Below, one piece after another: positions 50,011 to 60,100 of a DNA stretch of 64,000 bases. The number at the start of each line of letters is the position of its first letter. Position 1 is the stretch's first letter. This stretch comes from Macrostomum lignano. Taxonomy: Eukaryota. The translations under genes and the position numbers were made by a program. The notes beneath the pieces are model-generated. The model made no database searches. It was not told the origin of the DNA and worked only from the letters and a program-made list of their open reading frames with translations. Where the stretch lies: assembly GCA_002269645.1 (NCBI GenBank), contig NIVC01000728.1, positions 250,422 to 314,421 on the forward strand. Direction: 5' to 3'.

Positions 50011-51249
50011 CATTGCTCGCCAAGTTTTTGAAGAGAAATAAAATCAATGAAATGACTTACTAGTTCAATTTAGATGTAAAAATAGTTGGCAAGTCAAACC
50101 AGAGGAGAACCTGGAAGTTCTTTGTTGCTGGCGGGCCAGATCAGCCCGCGCAGTGACTGGAGCTACTAAGTGGGAACGGGGGAGCAGAGGGGTTGACAAT
50201 GGAGCTGAGACACGAGTTGCTCGCTCAAGTGTCTGAGCTTAGCTAAAATGGCACTTATTTCGCGAAGCTGAAAAGATGAAGCGTTAGATGGAGAGAGAGA
50301 CAGAGAGTCAAAAAGGAGGATATGCGAGCTTAGAACAGGACTCGGGGATCTCAGGGTCGGGTGGCACCTCTCAGTGGGAAGGGTTCTTGTCTGGCAAGGC
50401 GCTGTGTGAGGCATTGGGTAATCGCACTCAGTCACTTGAGGCTTGCGCCGTCCTTCACTCTGCATCCGTCTTTGAGCAGAACTCAGAAGGAGTTGGAGAC
50501 CTCTGGAGGAGCCAACCTTAGAAGCCTTCAAATCGTCCTGGCGGATTTTGCATCCCATTGTTGTGACCCGAGTAAGCTGCGGCTGATGAAGTTTGAGGCC
50601 CGGGGTCTGGTCCCGGAAACTCCAGCTTGGAACGCTGGGAGGAGGCTGGGGGAGCGGGAGGCCAGCGGCGCTGCTAGGGTCGGCCGCGATTTCCCTCTCC
50701 TTCGCGGCCAGGGCCCATCAGTCATTCTCGCGGCGACCTGAGCTTGAAGACGCTAAGCCGGGCCAAACCTGCGTTAGGCGGACAGGTGAGTATGTGGAGG
50801 GGGGAGAGGGCGCACATACTGAAACAGACAGAAGCAGATAGCAGGGAGAAGAGGAAGAGTTCTTGAAAACAAAAGAATTTGTTGCACCCCCCCCCCCAAC
50901 TCTCCTTCTTGATTCCCTCAGAGCGACGGCGCCAGCAACTAGGATGGGAGATACATGGAGATACATAGAAAAGAAGATGAGAAGGGAGCCTAGGGGCGAA
51001 GGATGCGCTGTTGTTGTGTTGTAAGAATCCTGTTGCCTCTGCTTTTGGCAATTATGGATCAATGATCCCTGGCGCCACGATGTCGCTCAGTAGTGTGCGT
51101 GGCTGCAGCTGTCGTTTCCGACTGACCGCCCTGGCCTATGCTGTGCTTGGGGTGAACAAATTGCTGGACTAGTGCTGGCGCTTGGATGCTGCTGACTTGG
51201 GGACTTAGGGAGAAATTGTAGACTTAGGGACTCATGTTTGTTCTATCGG

Positions 51250-51637
51250 CACTGAAGCTAAATCTACCGTAAAATACACTGAAGCGGAATCTACCATAAA
51301 CACTGAAGCGGAGTTTACCATAGAAACTGAAGTGGAGTCTACCATAGACACTGAAGTGAAGTCTACCATAAACACTGAAGCGGAGTTTACCATAGAAACA
51401 GAAGTGGAGTCTACCATAGACACTGAAGTGAAGTCTACCATAAACACTGAAGCGGAGTTTACCATAGAAACTGAAGTGGAGTCTACCATAGACACTGAAG
51501 TGAAGTCTACCCCATCGACACTGAAGCGGAGTCTACCCCATAGACACTGAAACGGAGTCTACCCCATAGACACTGAAGCGGAGTCTACCCCATAGACACT
51601 GAAGCGGAGTCTGCCCCATAGACACTGAAACGGAGTC
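51250..51637 (+). repeat. 24-bp (72-bp higher-order) / 26-bp minisatellite, truncated by the Polinton insertion
   Basis: Units CTACCATAGACACTGAAG[CT]G[GA]AGT; the last unit stops at GGAGTC immediately before AGTAGTAG. Confidence 0.9.
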
Positions 51638-51717
51638 AGTAGTAGGGCGAATTATGATACTGCCGCACTAGCACTGGCGAGATAGGCGGCAATGCAAATG
51701 TATAGGGAAAAATACAC

Positions 51718-52260
51718 TGCGGAGATATGAGCCCTATCTCTGTGCATTGGGGACGGCTAAGCACTGCAGAGATATGAGCTCTATCTCTGTGCATTGGGGA
51801 CGGCTAAGCACTGCAGAGATATGAGCTCTATCTCTGTGCATTGGGGACGGCTAAGCACTGCAGAGATATGAGCTCTATCTCTGTGCATTGGGGACGGCTA
51901 AGCACTGCAGAGATATGAGCTCTATCTCTGTGCATTGGGGACGGCTAAGCACTGCAGAGATATGAGCTCTATCTCTGTGCATTGGGGACGGCTAAGCACT
52001 GCAGAGATATGAGCTCTATCTCTGTGCATTGGGGACGGCTAAGCACTGCAGAGATATGAGCTCTATCTCTGTGCATTGGGGACGGCTAAGCACTGCAGAG
52101 ATATGAGCTCTATCTCTGTGCATTGGGGACGGCTAAGCACTGCAGAGATATGAGCTCTATCTCTGTGCATTGGGGACGGCTAAGCACTGCAGAGATATGA
52201 GCTCTATCTCTGTGCATTGGGGACGGCTAAGCACTGCAGAGATATGAGCTCTATCTCTGC
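51718..52260 (+). repeat. 47-bp subterminal (TIR-associated) tandem repeat, ~11.5 units, followed by degenerate 59-bp-type units to ~52440
   Basis: Unit CTGCAGAGATATGAGCTCTATCTCTGTGCATTGGGGACGGCTAAGCA; period 47 (51781 vs 51828). Confidence 0.95.
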
Positions 52261-52481
52261 TTAACACTGAAGTGATAGGAGAAGAGGCGGCCTATCTCTT
52301 TACACTGGAGATGGTTAGCACTGCAGAGATAGGAGGAGAGGCGGCCTATCTCTTTACACTGGAGATGGTTAACACTGCAGAGATAGGAGGAGAGGCGGCC
52401 TATCTCTTTGCATTGGGGGTGGTTAACACTGCAGAGATAAGATGTTAATCTATGTAATTGGAAATAATGTTTGCGAAAGAG

Positions 52482-52542
52482 CCAATCACAGAGCCCGGAG
52501 TGGGATGAGTGGTTTGGGGTGGTTCGGTCGAGGGTATATAAG
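52482..52542 (+). promoter_or_regulatory. CCAAT box + TATA box upstream of the PC4-like ORF
   Basis: GCCAATC at 52481-52487 and TATATAAG at 52535-52542, ~105 nt before the ATG at 52647. Confidence 0.55.
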
Positions 52543-52646
52543 CCCCGAAATTGACAAGAAAGAATTCTCAATTTTTCAAATCCAAAATTTCATCCGAACT
52601 TTTCCTCAGCTTTTAACTTTTGTGAGTTTTCAATTGCGAAAGGAAA

Positions 52647-53420
52647 ATGGACATCTGTGAAGGCTATAAGGCACAAGTCCAGGAGTTTGAAGGACAAAAA
52701 TTTATCGCTATTCGCAAGTTTTACCGACACGGCAGCACGGCAAGTCTGAAGCCAGGCGTCCCAGGATTCAACCTGAATGTTCACCAATGGAAGAAATTGA
52801 AGGAGGTGAAACGCTCACTTGTGATTTCTGCACGCAACAACGAGCCCAAGGTCGTGAAACTCGGCTTCGATAAGTTTGTGGAAGTCAAAGGCGGCATCAT
52901 TTGGCTCAAACGGCTGCCGGAAGATTGCTGCGAGGAGTTTTTGAGACGAAACGCCGTACCACTGACTCCGCCGCTGTGGCAGAAGCTCTGGAAAATCGCC
53001 TCCTGGATCGACGGTCAGCTGGTGGCTCCCTTGAGGAACTCAATGCAGTACGAGCTGGAGTCTGATGAGGAAGAGGAGGAAGAGGACAAGAAGCTCAAGT
53101 TGGAGGCTGACCAGGACACGAAGCCCATAATGGAGACTGATGAGGGCGGAGAGCATGCTGATGACGAGGACGTTAGCTCGCCCACAAGGCCGCGCATTGT
53201 GACTGAGCCTATCACATCCACACCGATACCTTTGGTTGATTCTGATGCTGGACTGCTTCCGCAGCGGGACACCAACCTTGAGGAAGATCCGGTGTGGTAT
53301 CAGTTCAGGGCGCATGCAGCGGCTTCGACGGTGAGCAGCAGCAGCAGGAAGCGAAAGCTGCCATTTCAACTTCGTCGGCAGGACGCGATGAGGCTGCCCA
53401 ATGTTCGCTTTGATAACTGA
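52647..53420 (+). CDS. PC4/Sub1-like ssDNA-binding protein with a second degenerate PC4 repeat and an acidic tail
   Basis: AQVQEFEGQKFIAIRKFY...LKPGVPGFNLNVHQWKKL matches PC4 VSVRDFKGKVLIDIREYW...MKPGRKGISLNPEQWSQL; second unit LGFDKFVEV...AVPLTPPLWQKL...IDGQL; ELESDEEEEEEDKK tail. Confidence 0.8.
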   Translation: MDICEGYKAQVQEFEGQKFIAIRKFYRHGSTASLKPGVPGFNLNVHQWKKLKEVKRSLVISARNNEPKVVKLGFDKFVEVKGGIIWLKRLPEDCCEEFLRRNAVPLTPPLWQKLWKIASWIDGQLVAPLRNSMQYELESDEEEEEEDKKLKLEADQDTKPIMETDEGGEHADDEDVSSPTRPRIVTEPITSTPIPLVDSDAGLLPQRDTNLEEDPVWYQFRAHAAASTVSSSSRKRKLPFQLRRQDAMRLPNVRFDN

Positions 53421-53747
53421 ACAGCTAGAATGCTTTGAATGCATTGGACTAACTAAATTACTTTTAGCTTGCACATGATTATCCAGCCTATATCTGACGG
53501 CACTATGCTGTTTTTTATCTCTGCTATTTCTGAAATGCTGGTGTGCGAGTGTTTTAGTGTTCGTTTTTATGGATTGTTTGCTTTCGGAAAATACACCGAC
53601 TGTTACGATGTTAGAGGTTTCAATCTGACAGTAATAAATTAATTTGCCACTCGTTTCTCTATCATTTAATTGGAATATAAATTTCTACTTAAGAAAAAAA
53701 TACTGTACAGCTAGAGCAGGTGGATAGGCACGTATCTTGATAAACCC

Positions 53748-54818
53748 ATGATGGAGAAAATTTATTTGAAACCTGAGCAACCGGCTAGTTTTTCTTGTGC
53801 CTCAAAGTTGCTGCATGAAGTGAGGCAAAGAGGTGATCGAATATCTGCAAAGAGCATTGAGCAGTGGCTCAGCGAGCAGCCAGTGCACACTCTGCACAAG
53901 CCAGCTAGGAGGCGATATCCAAGGGCCCCAATCATAGTGCGCGCAATCGATGATCAGTGGGAACTTGACTTAGTGGAAATGATTCCATTTGCAAAGCATA
54001 ATAAAGGCTACAAATATATTCTCACATGCATTGACGTGCTCTCAAAATGTGCTTGGGCCAAGGCACTGAAAAATAAATCTGCTGCAGAAGTGAAGTCAGC
54101 ATTCGAGAGCATACTGAGAAGTTCAAAGCGACAGCCGCGCACAGTTCGCACAGATCAGGGGAAGGAATTTATCAACTCCACTTTCCGTCAATACTGCATT
54201 GACAGAGGGATTCTGGCTTTCCCAACTAACAGCGAGCAGAAGGCGGCTGTCATTGAGCGATGGAATCGGACTCTGAAAAGTAGAATGTGGCGCTACTTCA
54301 CCTACAAGAGCACACTGCACTGGCTTGATGTGCTGCCTAAGCTGGTAAAATCCTACAACAATACCTACCACAGAAGCATCAAAATGGCACCCACTAGTGT
54401 CTGCAAAGAGAATGAATCTGAAGTGTGGATGAACCTGTACGACGGAAAAGCAGTCGAGACTCTAGAAAAATTAAGGAAGCCTAAATTCGCTGAAAACCAG
54501 TCAGTGAGAATTTCCAATGCTCCACGGCTATTCAAAAAGGGATACAAAGCGAGCTGGAGTGAGGAAGTGTACACCGTGGTGAGCAGAGCCCCAAAACATT
54601 ATCCCTACATGTACAAGATTAAAGACATGCGGGGGCAAGAGATTCGAGGACTCTTCCATGAGCACGAGCTGCAGGCTGTCCCGGACTCACAGCGGCTGTA
54701 TGTGATTGAGAAGATCCTGAAAACGGAGAAGCGGAAGGGAAAAATTCGCTATCTGGTGAAATGAGCGGGCTACGACTCGACTGGCTGGGTGGATGAAAAA
54801 GACTTAAGAAAGGTTTAG
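53748..54818 (+). CDS. int: Polinton retroviral-like (RVE) integrase with C-terminal chromodomain; in-frame TGA at 54762-54764
   Basis: DDE triad WELDL / RTDQGKEF / IERWNRTLK; SH3-like PKFAENQSVRI; chromodomain YVIEKILK...YLVK*AGYDSTGWV with the stop at the conserved Trp. Confidence 0.93.
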
Positions 54819-54855
54819 CTTTGGCACATCCCTCATCTTGAAGTTTATCATTATA

Positions 54856-55665
54856 ATGCGAACTATTTTGATTAACAGTGAGCATGCTGAAGGTACTCCT
54901 AGTGACTTTAATTTTTACCTGCCTTCACCTATTTACTTGGATCGAAATGTGGACTATGAGGCAGGTCTGGCTGAAATCCATCTGCCTGCTGCATGGTTCA
55001 ATGTTGACGAGCCTTACTGCTTCACTGTCTCAGATGGAAGAGAGCATGAGGCCCTGGTTCTTCAACCCGGACGCTTTGCTAGAGTGGAGGAGCTGGTGGA
55101 GCGCCTGAATGAGCTGCTGGCCAACTCTGATTCGCTGTTCTTTGATGCAATGAGTGACAGGGAGTCTGAGATGGAGGCTGATGAGTCCGGCCTGATGGGG
55201 CGTAGTGGCAACAGGGAATTCGGTATGAAGTTCGAAATCCACAACTCACGAACTGTGGTGCACAACAACACTGCGAGAGCAGAGCTGTTTCTTCCATCTA
55301 GTAAAATTCTGCATTGGCTGGGATTTGGAAACCAGGCTGTGAAAATCCAGCCAGGGAGCCGCGTGTCCGAGCATTGCATTGGCTGCCCGCGCACCAGCTT
55401 AATCAATGTGCACTGCAGTATCGTTGAGTCAACTAATTGCAACTGGAGCTCCTTGTTGAGAACAGTTGGAATGAAAGCCGGCATTGAATGGGGCAACTAT
55501 CAAACAAAAATATTTAAGAAAACAATATTCTTCCCGATTCAACGAATCAGTCTTCTTCACAGCATTCGAGTTCAGCTCCGTGACATCTATGGTTGCCCAC
55601 TGATTGCACAGACTCACAGCCCTGTTCTGCTTACAGTTCAAATTCAGGAGAAACGCATTCAATGA
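54856..55665 (+). CDS. Minor capsid protein (penton-like)
   Basis: PSDFNFYLPSPIYL...YEAGLAEIHLPAAWFNV N-terminus and C-terminal LHSIRVQLRDIYG motif of Polinton minor capsid proteins; position between integrase and MCP. Confidence 0.8.
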   Translation: MRTILINSEHAEGTPSDFNFYLPSPIYLDRNVDYEAGLAEIHLPAAWFNVDEPYCFTVSDGREHEALVLQPGRFARVEELVERLNELLANSDSLFFDAMSDRESEMEADESGLMGRSGNREFGMKFEIHNSRTVVHNNTARAELFLPSSKILHWLGFGNQAVKIQPGSRVSEHCIGCPRTSLINVHCSIVESTNCNWSSLLRTVGMKAGIEWGNYQTKIFKKTIFFPIQRISLLHSIRVQLRDIYGCPLIAQTHSPVLLTVQIQEKRIQ

Positions 55666-56039
55666 ACTACCAGCAGCTAATCCAGCAATATTCGGGGGTG
55701 AGGACAGGACACGAAAAGCCTGCACTCTATGGCTGTGGGAGCTTCCCAGGGATCATGACATACCAGCCTCCGCCAGCGGCTATATCATCATCATCAGCCT
55801 CGACGCTTAGCAACGTCAGGCGCAAAAGAAATACTGAAGCAAGTCCGAAACGATTGAAGAAAAAGAAGGGCACCCGAAAGGCAACTGGTGGAAATCGCAG
55901 TAAGAGGTCGAGCAAGGCTAGTGGGAAAAAGCTTAAGAATAGGAAGACGAAAGCAAAGAAGAATAGAGCAGGCGGAGGAAAGCGAAAGCAAAAAGTCAGC
56001 AAGAAAACTGTGAAACGCGTGCTCGACTCTCTGTCATAG
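55662..56039 (+). CDS. Small, very basic putative core/DNA-condensing protein
   Basis: ATGA overlap with the minor capsid stop; K/R-rich C-terminal half; N-terminal LYGCG motif. Confidence 0.65.
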   Translation: MNYQQLIQQYSGVRTGHEKPALYGCGSFPGIMTYQPPPAAISSSSASTLSNVRRKRNTEASPKRLKKKKGTRKATGGNRSKRSSKASGKKLKNRKTKAKKNRAGGGKRKQKVSKKTVKRVLDSLS

Positions 56040-56041
56040 AC

Positions 56042-57324
56042 ATGGCTTACGGATTCAATCCCAGACTTGATTTATTTAAGACGCCCGTTCTACAAACCTG
56101 CATTGAAAAAGCTACTTATGTTGATATTCACCCAGTTAATTCCATTGTTGCAAACTCTCCCATTGAATTTGACTGCCACCAATCTGCCGATGAATACACA
56201 GATCTGCTGAATTCTTTTCTTTATATTCGCTGCCGCCTTGTGAGACTGGATGGGGGTTTGCTGAGGGAGGATGTTCGAGATGGAGATGGCATCATCACCG
56301 AGCGCAGAGACAGTGACGTGCACCCAGAAAATTTTGTTCTGTCTACAGCCTTCTCAGATGTAATTGTGAGCATTAACCAGCGAGTGGTGTCTGGTGGAGA
56401 CCAGCTCTATCCCTACCATGCGTACTTCAAAGCACTAATGAGCTCATCCGATGCCCAGCAACTAAAACTTTACCCTGCTGGCTTCCTGGAGCCGAACTCG
56501 GCAGCTGAAGAGCACACGGAGAGCCACAGGGAATCCCAATGGATGGAGTATGCGGGGCCGCTCTTCAGCGATGTTTTCCAGTGCCCAGTGTTTCTGCTAA
56601 GCAATCTGCACCTGCACATCAAACTGGTCCCCAGCGATGGGGCCTTTGCCATCAGAACCCCGAATGCAAACAACGCGGCATACCGAATGGAAATCTCTCA
56701 CAGCATTCTGCATCTTCGCCGAGTCAAAGTGATGCCCCACATCAGCCTGGCCCACGAGCAGGGGTGACAAACCAAAATGCACTGTATCCCATCGAGCGAA
56801 CTGAAATGCAGAACTTCATCCTACCCCAGGGTATTCAGTCAAAAAACATTGAAGGATTCACTCATGGAAAATTGCCGAAGTTTATCATGCTGGCCTTCGT
56901 GAGCCACCGAGCATTCAACGGTCATCATCACGCGAGCCCGTTCCAGTTCCAGAGCTTCAACCTTAGCCGATTGGCTCTAAAGAAAGGTGGGGAAACCGTG
57001 TGCCACGGCGCCTTCACACCTGAAAACAATTCCTTTGTAAGAGAATACTTGCACTACCTGAAAAGCTGTCAATCTGCAAGCCACACAAACTCGGTTCCGT
57101 GGATCCCCTACCAGCTCTTCTCCAACAACAGCACGGTGTTTGCATTCGATCTCACACCCGAGGGAGCGGCTCTGTGGTACGGACAGAAGGAGGGCAACCT
57201 GCGGCTGGAGATTCGCTTCCAACAGGCTCTGAATGAAGCGGTGTCCCTGATTGCTATGTGCCTGTATGACTCGCTGATTGAGGTCACCAAGCACCGAGAG
57301 CTTTTGCTGGACTATTCATCTTAA
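56042..57324 (+). CDS. Major capsid protein (double jelly-roll), frameshift at ~56761-56764
   Basis: LDLFKTPVLQTCIE...HPVNS...PIEF; YPYHAYF; YPIERTE; PKFIMLAFVS...FNG...PFQF; TVFAFDLTP; GNLRLEIRFQQAL. Two track ORFs (56042-56767, 56539-57324) join by adding one base at GGGG. Confidence 0.9.
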
Positions 57325-57329
57325 TTGAC

Positions 57330-57842
57330 ATGGATGCAATTCAACTACTTAATCTCGCCAGAAAATTTTTGCCTTACCAAAAATTTCTCATAGTTACTTT
57401 ACATTTGCGCTATAAAAATTCTCTGCCCTTGAATGTAAAAAGAAAATTTAGATCATCAATTTCCTTTGAAAACAAGTTTGTTTTTGTCCTACTTCAGCAC
57501 AATGGCTCATTTGGTCACTGGGTGGTGTGCTATGTTGGGCAAGGAAATCGCATTGAGTTGTTCAACTCCCTCGGCTGGGAACCTGAAATTTTATCTTTGG
57601 TTTATAATTTGTTTCGAGAGATTAAAACAACTGGCTTTTGGCTCCGAAGCAATATAAACAGAGTTCAATGTGCTAACTCTAATAAATGCGGAGTGTTTTG
57701 CATCTATTTTGCTTATCAAAAGTTTCTGTTCAATCGGTCATTTGAGGGGATTTTGAAGCATTTGCATGCTAATGAAAAAAATCATTTGAATGATAGAATC
57801 TTACAGAGGTTTGAAGCCAACTTAAGAAAAAGATGTCCGTGA
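57330..57842 (+). CDS. Adenain-like (C5) cysteine maturation protease
   Basis: GHWV (His), FNSLG (Asn at the acidic position), VQCANSNKCGVFC (oxyanion Gln + catalytic Cys). Confidence 0.9.
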   Translation: MDAIQLLNLARKFLPYQKFLIVTLHLRYKNSLPLNVKRKFRSSISFENKFVFVLLQHNGSFGHWVVCYVGQGNRIELFNSLGWEPEILSLVYNLFREIKTTGFWLRSNINRVQCANSNKCGVFCIYFAYQKFLFNRSFEGILKHLHANEKNHLNDRILQRFEANLRKRCP

Positions 57843-58605
57843 TTTCTAATATTTATGCATTAAACATGGGAGAAAAGCAAGTTTGCTACGATATCCGCCT
57901 CAGGCAGGGAAGCTGCATGATTGTCTGCGGGCCCACCAATGCAGGAAAAACAACCTTTGTCAAACACCTGATCCAGTACAGAGACGTCATGTTTGATGTG
58001 AAGCCTGGCAGAGTTCTGTGGTACTATGGGATCTCACAGGCAGGCCATGCAGAACTGAGCAGCCTAGGTGTGCAGCTGCGCCAGGGATTTCCCACCAACA
58101 TCGAGGCAGCACTTAGGCCCAATGACCTGGTTGTTTTCGATGACTTAATAGAGGAAACTTCAAACTCTGCTTCAATGCGAAATTTTTTCACAGGAATCGC
58201 ACATCACTTGCCGTGCTTTTGGTGATGCTGACTCAGAATATATTTTTCAAGGGAAAAGAGTCGCGAACAATGAGCTTGAATGTAATGTATTTAGCTATCT
58301 TGAAAAACCCCAGAGACCAGCTGCAGATTGCAGCACTGGGCAGGCAGTGCTTTACAGAGAAGCCCGGCTTTCTGCTGTCAGTGTTCAAGCACGTGACCGC
58401 GCAGGGCAGGGGAGCTTACCTGTTCCTGGATTTTCACCCATCAACTCCCGATGAGCTGCGAGTGCGGGCCAGAATTTTGCCCAACCAGCGACCCCATCTT
58501 GTATTTGAAAGTGAAAGTGAAGCTTGTTTTTATCAGCTATTGTTTTCATCGCTATGGAAGTGCTTGATTCACATGCAAGTTTTTTGCGGTTCTTGCGTCA
58601 CCTAA
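57833..58605 (+). CDS. A32/FtsK-like genome packaging ATPase, frameshift at ~58217-58220
   Basis: Walker A GPTNAGKT, Walker B LVVFDD, HH motif, then TQNIF...SRTMSLN..Y...KNPRD..QI..LGRQ, YLFLDFHP. Confidence 0.92.
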
Positions 58606-58891
58606 ATATACCGTGCGCTTCAAGCGGCTGTTGATAAAAAATTGTCCAAAAGAAGTGCGTTATTTTCTTGTCGAGGCCTGCCATAATCTCTTACAAAACA
58701 ATCTATCGTTTTCGCTCGATGAAAAAGCTGTTCTTGCAAAGTCAAAAGAGATAATTCGAAAAATTACTCACAAAAGAAGAAAGACAGACTTGTTGAAGGC
58801 TGGCTTCATCAAAATACTCCCGATTCTGCTTAAGCTGGTAAAGAAGAAGAAGCAAAATGAACAAATTTTCAGAAATGGTTCTGATTCCTAA
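58554..58891 (+). CDS. Conserved small Polinton protein (frameshift near 58610)
   Basis: MEVLDSHASFLRFLRHL.. joins RLLIKNCPKEVRYFLVEACHNLLQNNL...KAGFIKILPILL, a pattern I recognise from Polinton small proteins (E.C.N.L.GN...GF...L). Confidence 0.55.
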
Positions 58892-59476
58892 AGCAGAGTA
58901 TGAGATGTTGATGCAGAATTTGAAGCCAAATGAGACTACCACTGAAGCTGACTTGAAGCAGGCTCAGAAGAAATGCGATGACATCTTGTATGCCGAGGAT
59001 TGTCCAGAAGATGTGAAAACCGCCATGTACCAAAGTGCAATGCAAAGTTTGCTGGCCAAGCGCAAGCACGCTGGAAAAGAAGGATCACGAATACTGAAGC
59101 CAAGTTGATGAAAACAGAGACACCCCAGATGAACACCTGGGAAGAGAAGATCAGCAAGTCGGTGCCACAGAAATTCAAAACCAGGGCTCGCAGTCTGTGG
59201 ACGATCCTGTCCACCAATCCAGAGCTGATTCGAGTTTGTGAAAACGGGGAGGTGGAAATCGCAGGCACGTCAATCCCTTCCTCAAACATACTGGACTTGA
59301 TTCAGCACGCAGTGAGGGATTCGCCATGTGAGCGTGAACCAGTTGGGTGGAACGAGTTCATCGATTTTCTGCAGCAGAAAAAGCTTAATGTTCCGCTTTC
59401 CGCTATTGGTAAATCAGTTAAGAAGAAAATGGCAACCAGCAGAGGGGTGAACTGGAGAAAGAACAGGAGAGTCTAG
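58857..59476 (+). CDS. Conserved Polinton hypothetical protein (frameshift near 59075)
   Basis: MVLIP...IL...DVKTAMY plus SVP.KFK.RA..L...GEVEI.G..IP.SNILDL....P.GW.EF...L....NVP.S.IG pattern, split over two overlapping track ORFs. Confidence 0.6.
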
Positions 59477-59527
59477 TCAAGGGGTACGGGAGCAACACAG
59501 CCTGGCTGAAACTGCCTGCCAGAAAAG

Positions 59528-59535
59528 TATATAAG
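59528..59535 (+). promoter_or_regulatory. TATA box (TATATAAG) upstream of the exonuclease-like/TBP-like unit
   Basis: Same GTATATAAG 9-mer as upstream of the PC4-like ORF; 42 nt before ATG 59577. Confidence 0.45.
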
Positions 59536-59576
59536 AAGGTGGACTGACTCCGAAATTTTCGAAGGAAAGCTGCATC

Positions 59577-60100
59577 ATGAACTACATTGACTTCCAAGGA
59601 TTCCGTGCAACAGCACAAGCAAAAAATTTGTTGTGAAGGAGTTGGCAGTTGTTCAAATCAGAGCGGGGAGCTACCGCATTGCTCACCATGTGTACGCACC
59701 TCCGTATCCATGGGAGAGAGTCTCACCTGACATGCGAGTTTACTACAGACAGCTATCTAAGAGTCTGCACCAGTTTAAGTGGAATGATGGAACCCGTCCG
59801 TACATGGAACTGGCGGAAGACATTCTGAGCATTGCCAGTGGTCCGATCTGGTCAAATGGGGAAAGGAAGTCGATTTTTCTGACTGAGCTGCTTGGAAGAC
59901 AGGTTTATAACCTAGAAGATTTGGGAGCACCCTCGACTGAAGATTCAGATACTGGCTGTGCAGTGAGAAATTCGTTGCTGCACTACAGTTGGCTTAAGCC
60001 AAAGTTCTGCATCAACTTAAGAAGCGAGCAGTGTCCGTGGCACACGAGCAGTAAAGTTGGCAGAAGCAGATTTGGTGAAGAAGTTGACGATCGAAATGAG
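59577..60100 (+). CDS. Conserved Polinton protein with DEDD-exonuclease-like N-terminus (frameshift at 59621-59626; true 3' end uncertain)
   Basis: MNYIDFQGF...KFVVKELAV...APPYPW...HQFKWNDG..PY...YNLED.G.P..C...H pattern. Confidence 0.6.

Noticed and set aside
50583-50630. CTGATGA...GAAAC hammerhead-like string (also CTGATGA/CTGACGA at ~37911, ~44065, ~46847)
   Set aside because: Stem II and/or stem I cannot be formed flush with the core.
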